This document shows positions 20,273 to 29,173 of a stretch of 64,000 nucleotides of DNA, one piece after another; position 1 is the stretch's first letter, and every line of letters starts with the position of its first letter. Below the pieces are notes generated by a model. The model saw only the letters and a program-made list of their open reading frames with translations, made no database searches and was not told the DNA's origin. This DNA is from an uncultured candidatus Brocadiaceae bacterium (GTDB taxonomy: Bacteria; Planctomycetota; Brocadiia; SM23-32): assembly GCA_964592385.1 (NCBI GenBank), contig CAZQEQ010000003.1, positions 13,759-77,758 of the forward strand. The letters are read 5' to 3'. The translations under genes were made by a program, and so were the position numbers.

Positions 20273-22569
20273 GCTTCGAGATACTACACAAGGAAGAACT
20301 GGCGAAGGACATCTTCCGCGTCTCCATCCACGCGCCGCGCATAGCCGTGGCACGGCAGGTGGGGCAGTTCGTGGTCGTGCGCCCCGCCGAAACGGGCGAG
20401 CGCGTGCCGCTCACCGTGGCTGAGGCGGACCGGCGGGCGCTGTCCATAACCGTCATCTTCCAGGCCGTCGGGGACTCCACGCGGCGGTTGGCCGCGATGG
20501 AGGTGGGTGACGCCATCCCGGACGTGGTCGGGCCGCTCGGGCAGCCCACCGAGATGCACCCGGGCCGGCACGCGGTGGCCATGGGCGGCGGTGTGGGCAT
20601 CGCCCTGATCTGGCCCATCGCCGAGGCCCTGAAGCGCGAGTTCTCCCGCCTGACGGGCATCATCAGCGCCCGCACGGCCGGACTGCTGATACTCGAGGAG
20701 GAGCTGAAGTCCGTCTGCGACGAACTGCTCATCGCCACCGACGACGGATCGCGCGGACATCACGGCTTCCCGACCGAGTTATTGGGGGAAGTCCTGGAGT
20801 CCGGGGAAAAGCCGGACGCCGTCTATGCGGTCGGCCCGGTGCCCATGATGGCCGCCGTCAGCGACGTGACCCGTCCGTTCGGCATAAGGACCATCGTCAG
20901 CCTGAACCCCATCATGGTGGACGGGACGGGCATGTGCGGCGGCTGCCGCGTCACGGTGGGCGGGAAGACGAGGTTCGCCTGCGTGGACGGGCCGGAGTTC
21001 AACGGCCACCTGGTGGACTTCAAGGAGTTGCACCGGAGGCTCACCCAGTACGATGACGATCCGCGGGCCCGCGCCCTGCCCCGCTACGAACCGGCGCATT
21101 CCTGTGACCAGGAGCATACGGCCCTCCAGGAAGCGATGATCGAGGCCGGAAGCGCCGCCGAGCGTGCCGCCGACATACCACGCCAGCCCATGCCAGACCA
21201 GCCCGCCCGGAGCCGAATCCGCAACTTCGAGGAGGTGCCCTTCGGCCTGCGGCCGGACCAGGCGGTGATCGAGGCCCGCCGCTGCCTCCAGTGCAAGAAG
21301 CCGAAGTGCGTCGAGGGATGCCCCGTCGGAATCGACATCCCGGGGTTCATCAAGTGCATCGTCGAAGGGGACCTCCCGGGCGCGGCAAGGACGCTCAAAG
21401 AGGACAACGCCCTGCCGGCCGTCTGCGGGCGCGTCTGCCCCCAGGAGGACGAATGCGAGGGGCTCTGCGTGCTCGCGCAGCGCGGGAGCCCCGTGGCCAT
21501 CGGCAACCTGGAGCGCTACGTCGCCGACTGGGAGCGCGAGGGCGGCCACGTCGAAAAACCGGTGCCGGCCCCATCGCGCGGGATCAAGGTGGCGGTGGTC
21601 GGCTCCGGACCGGCGGGTCTGACGGCGGCGGGCGAGCTGGCCCGGCGCGGCTACGCCCCCACCATCTTCGAGGCGCTCCACGAGCCGGGTGGCGTGCTGG
21701 TTTACGGCATCCCCGCCTTCCGCCTGCCCAAGGACATCGTCGCACAGGAGGTGGAGTACGTCCGCTCGATGGGGGTCGAGATCGTACGCGACTTCGTCGT
21801 CGGCAAGACGGCCACGATACAGGATATGCTCGATGAGGGCTACGAGGCCGTCTTCGTCGGCTCGGGCGCGGGCACGCCCATCTTCGGCGGCACACCCGGC
21901 GAGAACCTGAACGGCGTTCTCAGCGCGAACGAGTACCTGACGCGCGTCAACCTCATGCGCGCCTACCTGAGCGAATACTCCACGCCCGTCATGGTCAGGG
22001 ACCGCGTCGCGGTGCTGGGCGGCGGGAACGTCGCCATGGACGCCGCGCGCTGCGCGCTGCGGCTCGGGGCGAAGGAAGTGCGCATCGTTTACCGGCGCTC
22101 CGTCGAGGAGTCGCCCGCCCGCGACGCCGAACTGAAGCACGCCGAGGAAGAGGGAATCCAGTTCATGTGGCTGACCAACGCCGTCGAGGTGCTGGGCGAC
22201 GAGAAGGGCTGGGTCCGGGCGCTGCGCTGCGTCAGGATGAAACTGGGCGAGCCGGGCGCCGACGGCCGCCGCCGGCCCCATCCCATCGAGGGTTCGGAGC
22301 TCGAGTTCCCGACCGACCTGGTGATCGTGGCCTACGGCAACAGGCCGCACCCGCTGGTCCCCCAGACCACGCCAGGCCTGAAGATCACCCAATGGGGCAC
22401 CATCGCGGCGGACGAGGCCACCGGCCGGACGAACCTGGAGGGCGTCTACGCCGGGGGCGACATCGTGACGGGCGCCGCCACCGTGATCCAGGCGATGGGC
22501 GCCGGCAAACGCGCAGCGGAGGCCATCGACGTCTACCTGACCGACAAGCATGGCGGGATTCTCCCGTAG
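20269..22569 (+). CDS. Fused NfnA-NfnB-like oxidoreductase
   Basis: ATG overlaps the galU stop (ATGA). N-terminal ~280 aa are NfnA/SudB/PyrK-like (FAD/NAD-binding and 2Fe-2S electron-transfer domain with a C-x-x-C...C cluster). C-terminal ~470 aa are a GltD-like NADPH oxidoreductase (NfnB) with two Cys clusters and two GxGxxG dinucleotide motifs (VVGSGPAG, VLGGGNVAMD). Confidence 0.8.
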   Translation: MSFEILHKEELAKDIFRVSIHAPRIAVARQVGQFVVVRPAETGERVPLTVAEADRRALSITVIFQAVGDSTRRLAAMEVGDAIPDVVGPLGQPTEMHPGRHAVAMGGGVGIALIWPIAEALKREFSRLTGIISARTAGLLILEEELKSVCDELLIATDDGSRGHHGFPTELLGEVLESGEKPDAVYAVGPVPMMAAVSDVTRPFGIRTIVSLNPIMVDGTGMCGGCRVTVGGKTRFACVDGPEFNGHLVDFKELHRRLTQYDDDPRARALPRYEPAHSCDQEHTALQEAMIEAGSAAERAADIPRQPMPDQPARSRIRNFEEVPFGLRPDQAVIEARRCLQCKKPKCVEGCPVGIDIPGFIKCIVEGDLPGAARTLKEDNALPAVCGRVCPQEDECEGLCVLAQRGSPVAIGNLERYVADWEREGGHVEKPVPAPSRGIKVAVVGSGPAGLTAAGELARRGYAPTIFEALHEPGGVLVYGIPAFRLPKDIVAQEVEYVRSMGVEIVRDFVVGKTATIQDMLDEGYEAVFVGSGAGTPIFGGTPGENLNGVLSANEYLTRVNLMRAYLSEYSTPVMVRDRVAVLGGGNVAMDAARCALRLGAKEVRIVYRRSVEESPARDAELKHAEEEGIQFMWLTNAVEVLGDEKGWVRALRCVRMKLGEPGADGRRRPHPIEGSELEFPTDLVIVAYGNRPHPLVPQTTPGLKITQWGTIAADEATGRTNLEGVYAGGDIVTGAATVIQAMGAGKRAAEAIDVYLTDKHGGILP

Positions 22570-22651
22570 GAGTGTGGCCCCTTGCGACGCCTCCCGCCGG
22601 AAGTACAATTCACACCGTGCGAATCCAGGCAGTTCCTCGGGAGATTGTGGG

Positions 22652-25327
22652 ATGGACGCTATTGGGAAGGTTCGTCGGACGGCGGTAGCTGTCGCGGCCT
22701 TTTGCCTGGCCGCCTTTGGGATGGGCGTGCGCCCCGTTCGTGCCGATGAGGAGCCGCTCTACGAGTTGGATCCCGGCACGGACAGCGGGCGGGTCCTTGG
22801 CGTGCGAGTCGATTCAGCCGATCTCGTCACCGTCGTCGCGCAATCCTGGGCGTATGACTATCTGTGGCAGGGGACGCGGCTCACGTGCGCCGAGCGCGCC
22901 GCCGACGGCGGCATCCCGTTCACGTGGGGCGTCGCGGAGATGGGGATCAGCGGGCAGGGGGTCCTGCGCAGCACCGCGCCGAACGCGCTGCAATGGCGCT
23001 GGGACCTGACGCTCGCCAAAGACCTTCCCATCCGCCCCGAGTCGAACGCCGAGGATTACGCCAGACAACCGCACGGCGGCCTGACCTTCGTCCTCAATCT
23101 GCAATCCCTCGCCCGGCGCGGCTGCACGGCCGAGCCCGTCCTGCGCGACGACGGAACGGGCTGGACCTGGGAGGTGACCCCCGGCCGGACCGTCTCCGTG
23201 GCCTTCTCCCGGCCCCTGGCCTCACTGTACTTCGAGCGCGGCATTAAGGACCAGATCCGCGCCATGTTCTACAACGCCCCGATGAAGCCCGGCAAGCTGG
23301 ACCTGACCATGACGGTCACGGGGCCTGAGGGCAGCAAGATCCTCAGGCCCATGGCGGAGCGCTACGCGGCGGACACGACGAACTGGTTCAAGAGGGCACT
23401 CGACCCGCAGGCGGCATTCGTGGACCTGAGCTACCTGAATGACAAGCCGGCCGGCAAGCACGGCCTTGTGAGGGCCGTGGGGGACTCTTACGCGTTCGAG
23501 GACGGCACGCCGGCCCGGTTCTGGGGCGCAGCGGTGTCGGCGGCGGCGCTGTACGTACATGACAAGGAAGGCAATCCGGACACGGAACTGATCGACCGGC
23601 ATGCCCGCCGCCTGGCGCAGCTCGGCTTCAACATGGTGCGGATGACGCACGTGGACAGTTGGTGGTTCGGCACGAACCTGATCGCTCCTGGTTCGACAAC
23701 CGATCAGATCGATGACAAGGGGCTGGCTTCCCTGTTCTACTGGATCAAGGCCCTCAAAGAGCAGGGCATCTACGTGCACGTGGACATGATCACCTACCGC
23801 CCTTTCAAGACGGGGGACAACATCCCCGGCTTCGACGAGATACGGCGCCACCGGCCCAAGGGCGAGGACGGGGCACTGGTCGAGGGCTTCAGCTACCTGA
23901 ACCCCCGCATCAAGGAACTCTGGCGCAAGACGAGCGAGGCGTTCGTCACGCGCGTCAACCCCTACACGGGGCTGGCGCTGAAGGACGACCCGTCCGTGGT
24001 GGGGATCATGGTCTGGAACGAGAACGACCTGACCTTTCACTTCGGCAACGCCTTCCTGGCGGACAAGAACACCCCCTGGCACAGGGCGATCTTCCTGGAG
24101 AAGCTGAAGGCCTTCGCCGCCCGGACCGGGCTGAGCGAACGGGAGTGCGAGACGACCTGGCTGCCAAGCCCGAGCAAGCTTTTCCTGAACGACCTGGAGT
24201 ACACCTGGAATCGCGGCGCGGCCGACTTCCTGCGCTCCTGTGGCGTCAGTGCCCCGATCTGCGCCGGCCACATGTGGAGCGGGCCGGTCGCCTTTTGCCT
24301 GCCTGCCCTGACGGCAGGGGACGTGGTGGACAACCATTCCTACTCCCCGCCGGAGTTCCTGCGGACCAACCCCCATTACGTGACGAGCTTCGCTCACATG
24401 ATCGCCGTCTCGCAGTTGGCGGACCGGCCCAAGTTCGTGTCCGAATACAACATGAGCCCGGCGGGAACAAACCGCGATGCCTTCACGACGATGCCCTACG
24501 TCGCCACCCTGGGCGCCTTCCAGGGATGGGACATGCTGTCGCTCTTCGGGTACTCGCAGGACGACCTTGTCGCCGAGTTCCCCGGTCCCTGGACCAGCTA
24601 CACCCATCCGCAGATCATGGGTCTGGCGCCGGCGGCCGCCGTGATCTTCCGCAAGCAGCACGTGAGCCCCGCGCGGCAAACGGTGTTCGTGCCCCTGACG
24701 CGCGAGCAAACTTACTTGCAGGACACCAGCCCTCAGGCCTGCGCAACGCTGCGCACCGTCATGGAGCGGCACGGGCTCGCCCTGGGGCTGCCGAAGGTGC
24801 CGGAGCTGGCCTGGTCCGAGACGACGCCCGCCCCCGCCGGGGCCGAGGTCGTCACCGACCTGGACCGGGACTTCATCCCGCCCGGCGACGAGGTCGTGGC
24901 GGACACCGGCGAGTTCCGGCGCAACTGGGTCAAAGGCACGTTCGTCGTGGACACGCCGAAGTCGCAGCTCGTGATGGGATCGCTGGACGGAGAGACGCTG
25001 CGGACGGCGGACGCGACGTTCGCCATCGCCAGCCCCATCGCCGCCGTGGCGCTGACGAGCCTGGACGAGCAGTCGCTCAAGTCCTCGCGGCGGATGCTGC
25101 TCTCCACGTCGGGGCGCGTCCTGCTCCAGCGCGGCCAGCCGACGCTCTCGGAGCCCGTGCAGGGAACCGTCACCCTCTCGTCCGGCGTCAGCGGACTGCG
25201 CCTGGTCCCCCTCGCCTCGGATGGAAGCAAGATGGCGGCCGTCGCCTTGGGGAAGAGCGGCGGGAGCTACGCCGTCGAGATCCCGACCGACCGGGGCACA
25301 CACTGGTTCCTGCTGGAGTCCGAGTGA
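22652..25327 (+). CDS. Secreted glycoside hydrolase, clan GH-A TIM barrel (GH5-like) with C-terminal beta-sandwich domains
   Basis: Start at MDAIGKVRRTAVAVAAFCLAAF (signal peptide) after GGGAG. Contains LGFNMVRMTH (GH5 motif-1 type) and VWNEND (an NE acid/base motif). Confidence 0.55.
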   Translation: MDAIGKVRRTAVAVAAFCLAAFGMGVRPVRADEEPLYELDPGTDSGRVLGVRVDSADLVTVVAQSWAYDYLWQGTRLTCAERAADGGIPFTWGVAEMGISGQGVLRSTAPNALQWRWDLTLAKDLPIRPESNAEDYARQPHGGLTFVLNLQSLARRGCTAEPVLRDDGTGWTWEVTPGRTVSVAFSRPLASLYFERGIKDQIRAMFYNAPMKPGKLDLTMTVTGPEGSKILRPMAERYAADTTNWFKRALDPQAAFVDLSYLNDKPAGKHGLVRAVGDSYAFEDGTPARFWGAAVSAAALYVHDKEGNPDTELIDRHARRLAQLGFNMVRMTHVDSWWFGTNLIAPGSTTDQIDDKGLASLFYWIKALKEQGIYVHVDMITYRPFKTGDNIPGFDEIRRHRPKGEDGALVEGFSYLNPRIKELWRKTSEAFVTRVNPYTGLALKDDPSVVGIMVWNENDLTFHFGNAFLADKNTPWHRAIFLEKLKAFAARTGLSERECETTWLPSPSKLFLNDLEYTWNRGAADFLRSCGVSAPICAGHMWSGPVAFCLPALTAGDVVDNHSYSPPEFLRTNPHYVTSFAHMIAVSQLADRPKFVSEYNMSPAGTNRDAFTTMPYVATLGAFQGWDMLSLFGYSQDDLVAEFPGPWTSYTHPQIMGLAPAAAVIFRKQHVSPARQTVFVPLTREQTYLQDTSPQACATLRTVMERHGLALGLPKVPELAWSETTPAPAGAEVVTDLDRDFIPPGDEVVADTGEFRRNWVKGTFVVDTPKSQLVMGSLDGETLRTADATFAIASPIAAVALTSLDEQSLKSSRRMLLSTSGRVLLQRGQPTLSEPVQGTVTLSSGVSGLRLVPLASDGSKMAAVALGKSGGSYAVEIPTDRGTHWFLLESE

Positions 25328-25356
25328 GGGCGCGCGCGCCGGCCGGCGCGTGAGTT

Positions 25357-26148
25357 TCAGCCCTGCGCGCGCATGGCGCGGATGTAGTTCATGCAGAACT
25401 CGTCCCGCCCGGCCAGGGCCTCGGTCGCCCGCACCGTGTCCATCAGCCCCTCGGCCGTCGGGTCCACGATGGCCGAGTCGAGCCCCGCCGCAATCAGGCA
25501 GCCGAGGTAGGTGCGGTTTATCAGGCCGCGGTTCGGCAAGCCGAAGCTGATGTTGGAGAGCCCGCACGTCGTGTGTACGCCGGGGAACGCTTCCATGATC
25601 TGCCGGACGGCGGAGATGACCGCCATGCCCTGCTCGGGGCTCGTGCTGATGGGCTGGATGCAGGGGTCCACGTAAACGCGCTCGCGCGCGACGCCAGCCC
25701 CCTCGGCGGCCTCGATGAGGCGGCCGGCGATCTCGACGCGTCGCTCGGCCGTCTCCGGCAGGCCCCGCCCGTCCAGGGCCAGCGCGACCAGCAAGGCGCC
25801 GGATCCCGCGGCGATGGGCAGCACCTGCGCCATCCGCTCCGGTTCGGCAGTCACCGAGTTGAGCATGACGGTGTCGCCCTCGACGAGTTCCAGCCCGGCG
25901 CGGAGAGCGTCAGGGTTGGCCGAGTCCAGGCAGAGCGGCAGGTCGGTGTTCCGCTGGACGACCTCGACGGCCCATTGGAGGTTTTCGACCTCGCGGGCGG
26001 GGTCGCTGCCGGCGTTGACGTCGATGAAGTCCGCCTCGGCCTCCGACTGTCGCTTCGTCTCCCGGGCGATGCGGTCGGCGTCACGCTCCAGGAGCGCCCG
26101 GGCGATGGTCTTCCTCGTGGCGTTGATTCTCTCGGCTATGATCAGCAT
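25357..26148 (-). CDS. Methyltetrahydrofolate:corrinoid methyltransferase-like pterin-binding protein (AcsE/MtrH/MtxH family)
   Basis: Start at MLIIAERINATRK, the typical AcsE/MeTr N-terminus, after an AGGAG RBS. DHPS-like TIM barrel. Confidence 0.7.
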   Translation of the reverse strand: MLIIAERINATRKTIARALLERDADRIARETKRQSEAEADFIDVNAGSDPAREVENLQWAVEVVQRNTDLPLCLDSANPDALRAGLELVEGDTVMLNSVTAEPERMAQVLPIAAGSGALLVALALDGRGLPETAERRVEIAGRLIEAAEGAGVARERVYVDPCIQPISTSPEQGMAVISAVRQIMEAFPGVHTTCGLSNISFGLPNRGLINRTYLGCLIAAGLDSAIVDPTAEGLMDTVRATEALAGRDEFCMNYIRAMRAQG

Positions 26149-26316
26149 GGTAACTCTCCTGTCGGGAAAGAGGCGAGGCGGCACTATAGGGCACGGTCGG
26201 GATAGAGTCAACGGTGCGGGCGGAGGGCCTTTCGGTTGCGTCTTCGGCCGGCCTGTGATAACCTACCGACTGACCTGCTGAGCGTTGATCTGGCCTTTGC
26301 CGAGTAGAGATCGTGG

Positions 26317-26587
26317 GCCGTGCTAAGTGGGGCGCTAGCGGTGCCCTGTAACCTGCAAACCGCTCCAGCAGGGCTGACCACTTCGTGAGGCTTGAAGCCC
26401 TCGTGGGGTACAGGACCAGCCGGGCGGCATTGACGGGCGGGTCCCATGGAGCCGGGCGGCCGTGAACCTGGTCAGGGGCGGAAGCCAGCAGCCATAAGCG
26501 GTACCCCGGACTGCCGTGGGGTAGCCTACCCCGAGTCACACGGCGGTTGCTGCCTCCGAGGGCAGAGTCGATCGAAGCGCACGGCCC
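26317..26587 (+). ncRNA. ffs: Signal recognition particle RNA, long (Bacillus-type, Alu-domain-containing) form
   Basis: The 5' end GCCGTGCTAAG...GGTGCCCTGTAACCTGCAAACCGCTCCAGCAGGGC is near-identical in pattern to B. subtilis scRNA. The domain IV motif CTGGTCAGGGGCGGAAGCCAGCAGCC is present. The 3' end GCACGGCCC pairs with the 5' end and is followed by a T-rich tract. Lies immediately upstream of dnaX as in many bacteria. Confidence 0.8.
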
Positions 26588-26614
26588 TTTTCTTTTCACT
26601 TGCGGGCAGCGCCG

Positions 26615-28111
26615 ATGTACGTCGTCTTCGCACGGAAATACCGGCCCCTGCGCTTTGAAGACGTCGTCGGGCAGGAGCACGTGACCCGGACGCTTCAGAA
26701 CGCGGTCCGCACGGGGCGGGTCGCGCACGCCTACCTCTTCTGCGGCTCGCGCGGCGTCGGCAAGACGACGGTGGCACGCATCCTGGCCAAGGCGCTCAAC
26801 TGCGCCCAGGGACCGACGGCTGACCCCTGCTGCGAGTGCGACGCCTGCCGCCGGATCGCCGCCGGCTCCGACATCGACGTGCTGGAGATAGACGGCGCCT
26901 CGAACCGCGGCATCAACAGCGTGCGCGAGCTGCGCCAGAACGTGGGCCTCGCGCCGGCCCGCAGCCGATTCAAGGTCTATTACATCGACGAGGTCCACAT
27001 GCTGACGGCGGAGGCCTTCAACGCCCTCCTGAAGACGCTGGAGGAGCCGCCGGGCCACGTGAAGTTCATCTTCTCGACGACCGACCCGCAGAAGCTGCCG
27101 GAGACGGTGAGGAGCCGGTGCCAGCGGTTCGATTTCCGGCGCCTCTCCGACGCCGACGTGGTGGGCTTCCTGCAAAGCGTCTGCGAGGAGGAAGGCATCG
27201 AGGTCGAGCAGGGAGGGCTGCCGGCCATAGCGCGGGCGGCGCGCGGGAGCATGCGCGACGCGCTCGGCGCCCTGGACCAGCTCGCGGCTTTCGGTGAGCA
27301 AGTGCAACTGGACGACGTGCTGGCGGTGTTGGGCGCGGTGGACCGGACGGTGCTCACCCAGATGGTGGACGCACTGGCGGCCCAGGACGCCGGCGAGGCG
27401 CTGCGCGTGCTGGACCAAGCCCTGGGCGGGGGCGTCGCCATAGAGGACTTCGCCGAACAGCTTGCCCAGTACCTGCGGGACCTAATAGTCGGCTCCTACT
27501 GCGGGCCGGACGCGGCGCTTCTGGCGGGATCCGCGGCTGATTCGGAGACGGTCGGCCGGCAGTCGGCGCTGTTCTCGGCCGAGCAGTTGACCTACATGAT
27601 TCAGCTTGTCAGGGAGGCGGCCCTGCGCGCGCGCCGGGAGACCACGGGCCGCATCGCGCTGGAGCTGGCCGTGATAAAGATGAGCCGACTGGCGGACCTG
27701 GTGCCCGTGCAGGAGGCACTGGAGGGCCTCAGCCGGGGCGGAAGTCCGTCCATGGCGGCCAGCGCGCCAGCACCGGCCGCGCCCGTGGCGCCGGCGCAGG
27801 CTACCGGCCGGCTGCGCCGCATGCGCGAGAGGCTCAAGAACGGCCCGCCGAAGGCGCGCGCTCCCGCCCCGCCCAGGCAGCCGGCGCCGGAGGGCATGAA
27901 CGGCGGCAAGTACCGCGAGCTGCTGGCGGCGGCGGAAAGCCCGGAGTGCGCGGCCGAAGCCGTCAAGGAGCAGCCGCTCATGCAGGCGTTCATGGAGGCG
28001 GACAAGGCGCTGGGGCTGACCCCTCAGCGGCTCGAAAGACGCGCGGCCGCGCCCGAGGAGTCGGACGAGGAGGCCGCACCAACCGATGACGAGTTGACCG
28101 AAGGGGAGTGA
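26615..28111 (+). CDS. dnaX: DNA polymerase III subunits gamma/tau
   Basis: MYVVFARKYRP...GQEHV...GSRGVGKTT Walker A and a zinc-module CCECDAC. Start at the first ATG; the track has an in-frame TTG 15 nt upstream. Confidence 0.9.
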   Translation: MYVVFARKYRPLRFEDVVGQEHVTRTLQNAVRTGRVAHAYLFCGSRGVGKTTVARILAKALNCAQGPTADPCCECDACRRIAAGSDIDVLEIDGASNRGINSVRELRQNVGLAPARSRFKVYYIDEVHMLTAEAFNALLKTLEEPPGHVKFIFSTTDPQKLPETVRSRCQRFDFRRLSDADVVGFLQSVCEEEGIEVEQGGLPAIARAARGSMRDALGALDQLAAFGEQVQLDDVLAVLGAVDRTVLTQMVDALAAQDAGEALRVLDQALGGGVAIEDFAEQLAQYLRDLIVGSYCGPDAALLAGSAADSETVGRQSALFSAEQLTYMIQLVREAALRARRETTGRIALELAVIKMSRLADLVPVQEALEGLSRGGSPSMAASAPAPAAPVAPAQATGRLRRMRERLKNGPPKARAPAPPRQPAPEGMNGGKYRELLAAAESPECAAEAVKEQPLMQAFMEADKALGLTPQRLERRAAAPEESDEEAAPTDDELTEGE

Positions 28112-28112
28112 C

Positions 28113-28466
28113 ATGATGAGAGTCCCGGGAGGCTTCAAGAACCTCGGCGGCATGATGAAGCAGGCCCAGAAGCAGATGCGCGACCTGCAGCACAAGATGC
28201 GCGAGGTGGAGGACGACCTGCGCGACCGCGTCGTCGAGGGCAGCGCGGGCGGCGGGATGGTGCGGGTCATGTTCAACGGCCTGCAGGAGCCGCTCGACGT
28301 GAAGATAGACGAGCAGGTCCTCCAGGAGGAGTCGCCGGAGTTCCTCCAGGAGATGATACTGGCGGCCATGCGCCAGGGGCTGAAGAAGGCCAAAGAGCTG
28401 GAGGAGACCGAGCGCGAGAAGGTCAGCGGCAGCCTGAACATACCCGGGCTGGACGGCCTGATCTGA
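28113..28466 (+). CDS. ybaB: Nucleoid-associated protein YbaB/EbfC
   Basis: 117 aa beginning MMKQAQKQMRDLQ... Directly follows dnaX (GGGGAG RBS). Confidence 0.85.
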   Translation: MMRVPGGFKNLGGMMKQAQKQMRDLQHKMREVEDDLRDRVVEGSAGGGMVRVMFNGLQEPLDVKIDEQVLQEESPEFLQEMILAAMRQGLKKAKELEETEREKVSGSLNIPGLDGLI

Positions 28467-28528
28467 CCCGTTGCCAGCAGCGCGGGAGGCAGTTACAATA
28501 CGGGCGCAGTCGCACTGAGGATAGATGC

Positions 28529-29173
28529 GTGGGCAAAGGATACACTGAATCTCTGGACCGGCTCATGGAACTGCTCGGCCACATGCCGGGGGTCGGCGAG
28601 AAGACCGCCGAGCGGCTCGCGTATCACATCCTGCGCCTCTCGCGGGACGAGGCGCTGGCACTGGCCGACGCCATCCGGGAGGTCAAGGAGCGGGTCAAGC
28701 AGTGCTCGGTCTGCTACCACTTCTCGGAGAGCGACCCCTGCCCCATCTGCAGCGACCCGCGCCGCGACCATTCGACCATCTGCGTGGTGGAGGAATCCCG
28801 GGACCTGGTCGCGATAGAGCAGAGCGGCTACGGCGGCGTGTACCACGTCCTGTGCGGCCGCCTGGCGCCGTTGGAGGGCATCGAACCGGATGACCTGACC
28901 GCTGACAAACTGACAGAACGCGTGGCCAAAGGTCCGGTCGAGGAGGTCATTCTGGCCTGCAACGCGGACATGGAAGGAGAGGCCACCGCGCTGTTCGTCA
29001 GCCAGGCCCTGGAGGGGCTGCCGGTCAAAGTGACGAGGCTTGCCCGGGGCATCCCGGCCGGCAGTCAACTGGAGTACGCCAACGCGTCCGTGCTGGCGGA
29101 TGCCCTGGAAGGCCGACGGGAAGTGAACCGGCGGGAAGGGCCGGAGAGTAAGGCGGGCGAGGGGGATAGATGA
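28529..29173 (+). CDS. recR: Recombination protein RecR
   Basis: GTG start 6 nt after GAGGA. LPGVGEKTAERLA helix-hairpin-helix, a C4 zinc finger CSVC...CPIC, and a Toprim domain. Confidence 0.9.
   Translation: MGKGYTESLDRLMELLGHMPGVGEKTAERLAYHILRLSRDEALALADAIREVKERVKQCSVCYHFSESDPCPICSDPRRDHSTICVVEESRDLVAIEQSGYGGVYHVLCGRLAPLEGIEPDDLTADKLTERVAKGPVEEVILACNADMEGEATALFVSQALEGLPVKVTRLARGIPAGSQLEYANASVLADALEGRREVNRREGPESKAGEGDR

Noticed and set aside
20779-25567. 609-aa and 781-aa minus-strand ORFs opposite the NfnAB fusion and the secreted glycosidase
   Set aside because: Antisense artefacts. The sense genes have clear cofactor motifs, a signal peptide and good RBS. The antisense frames do not.
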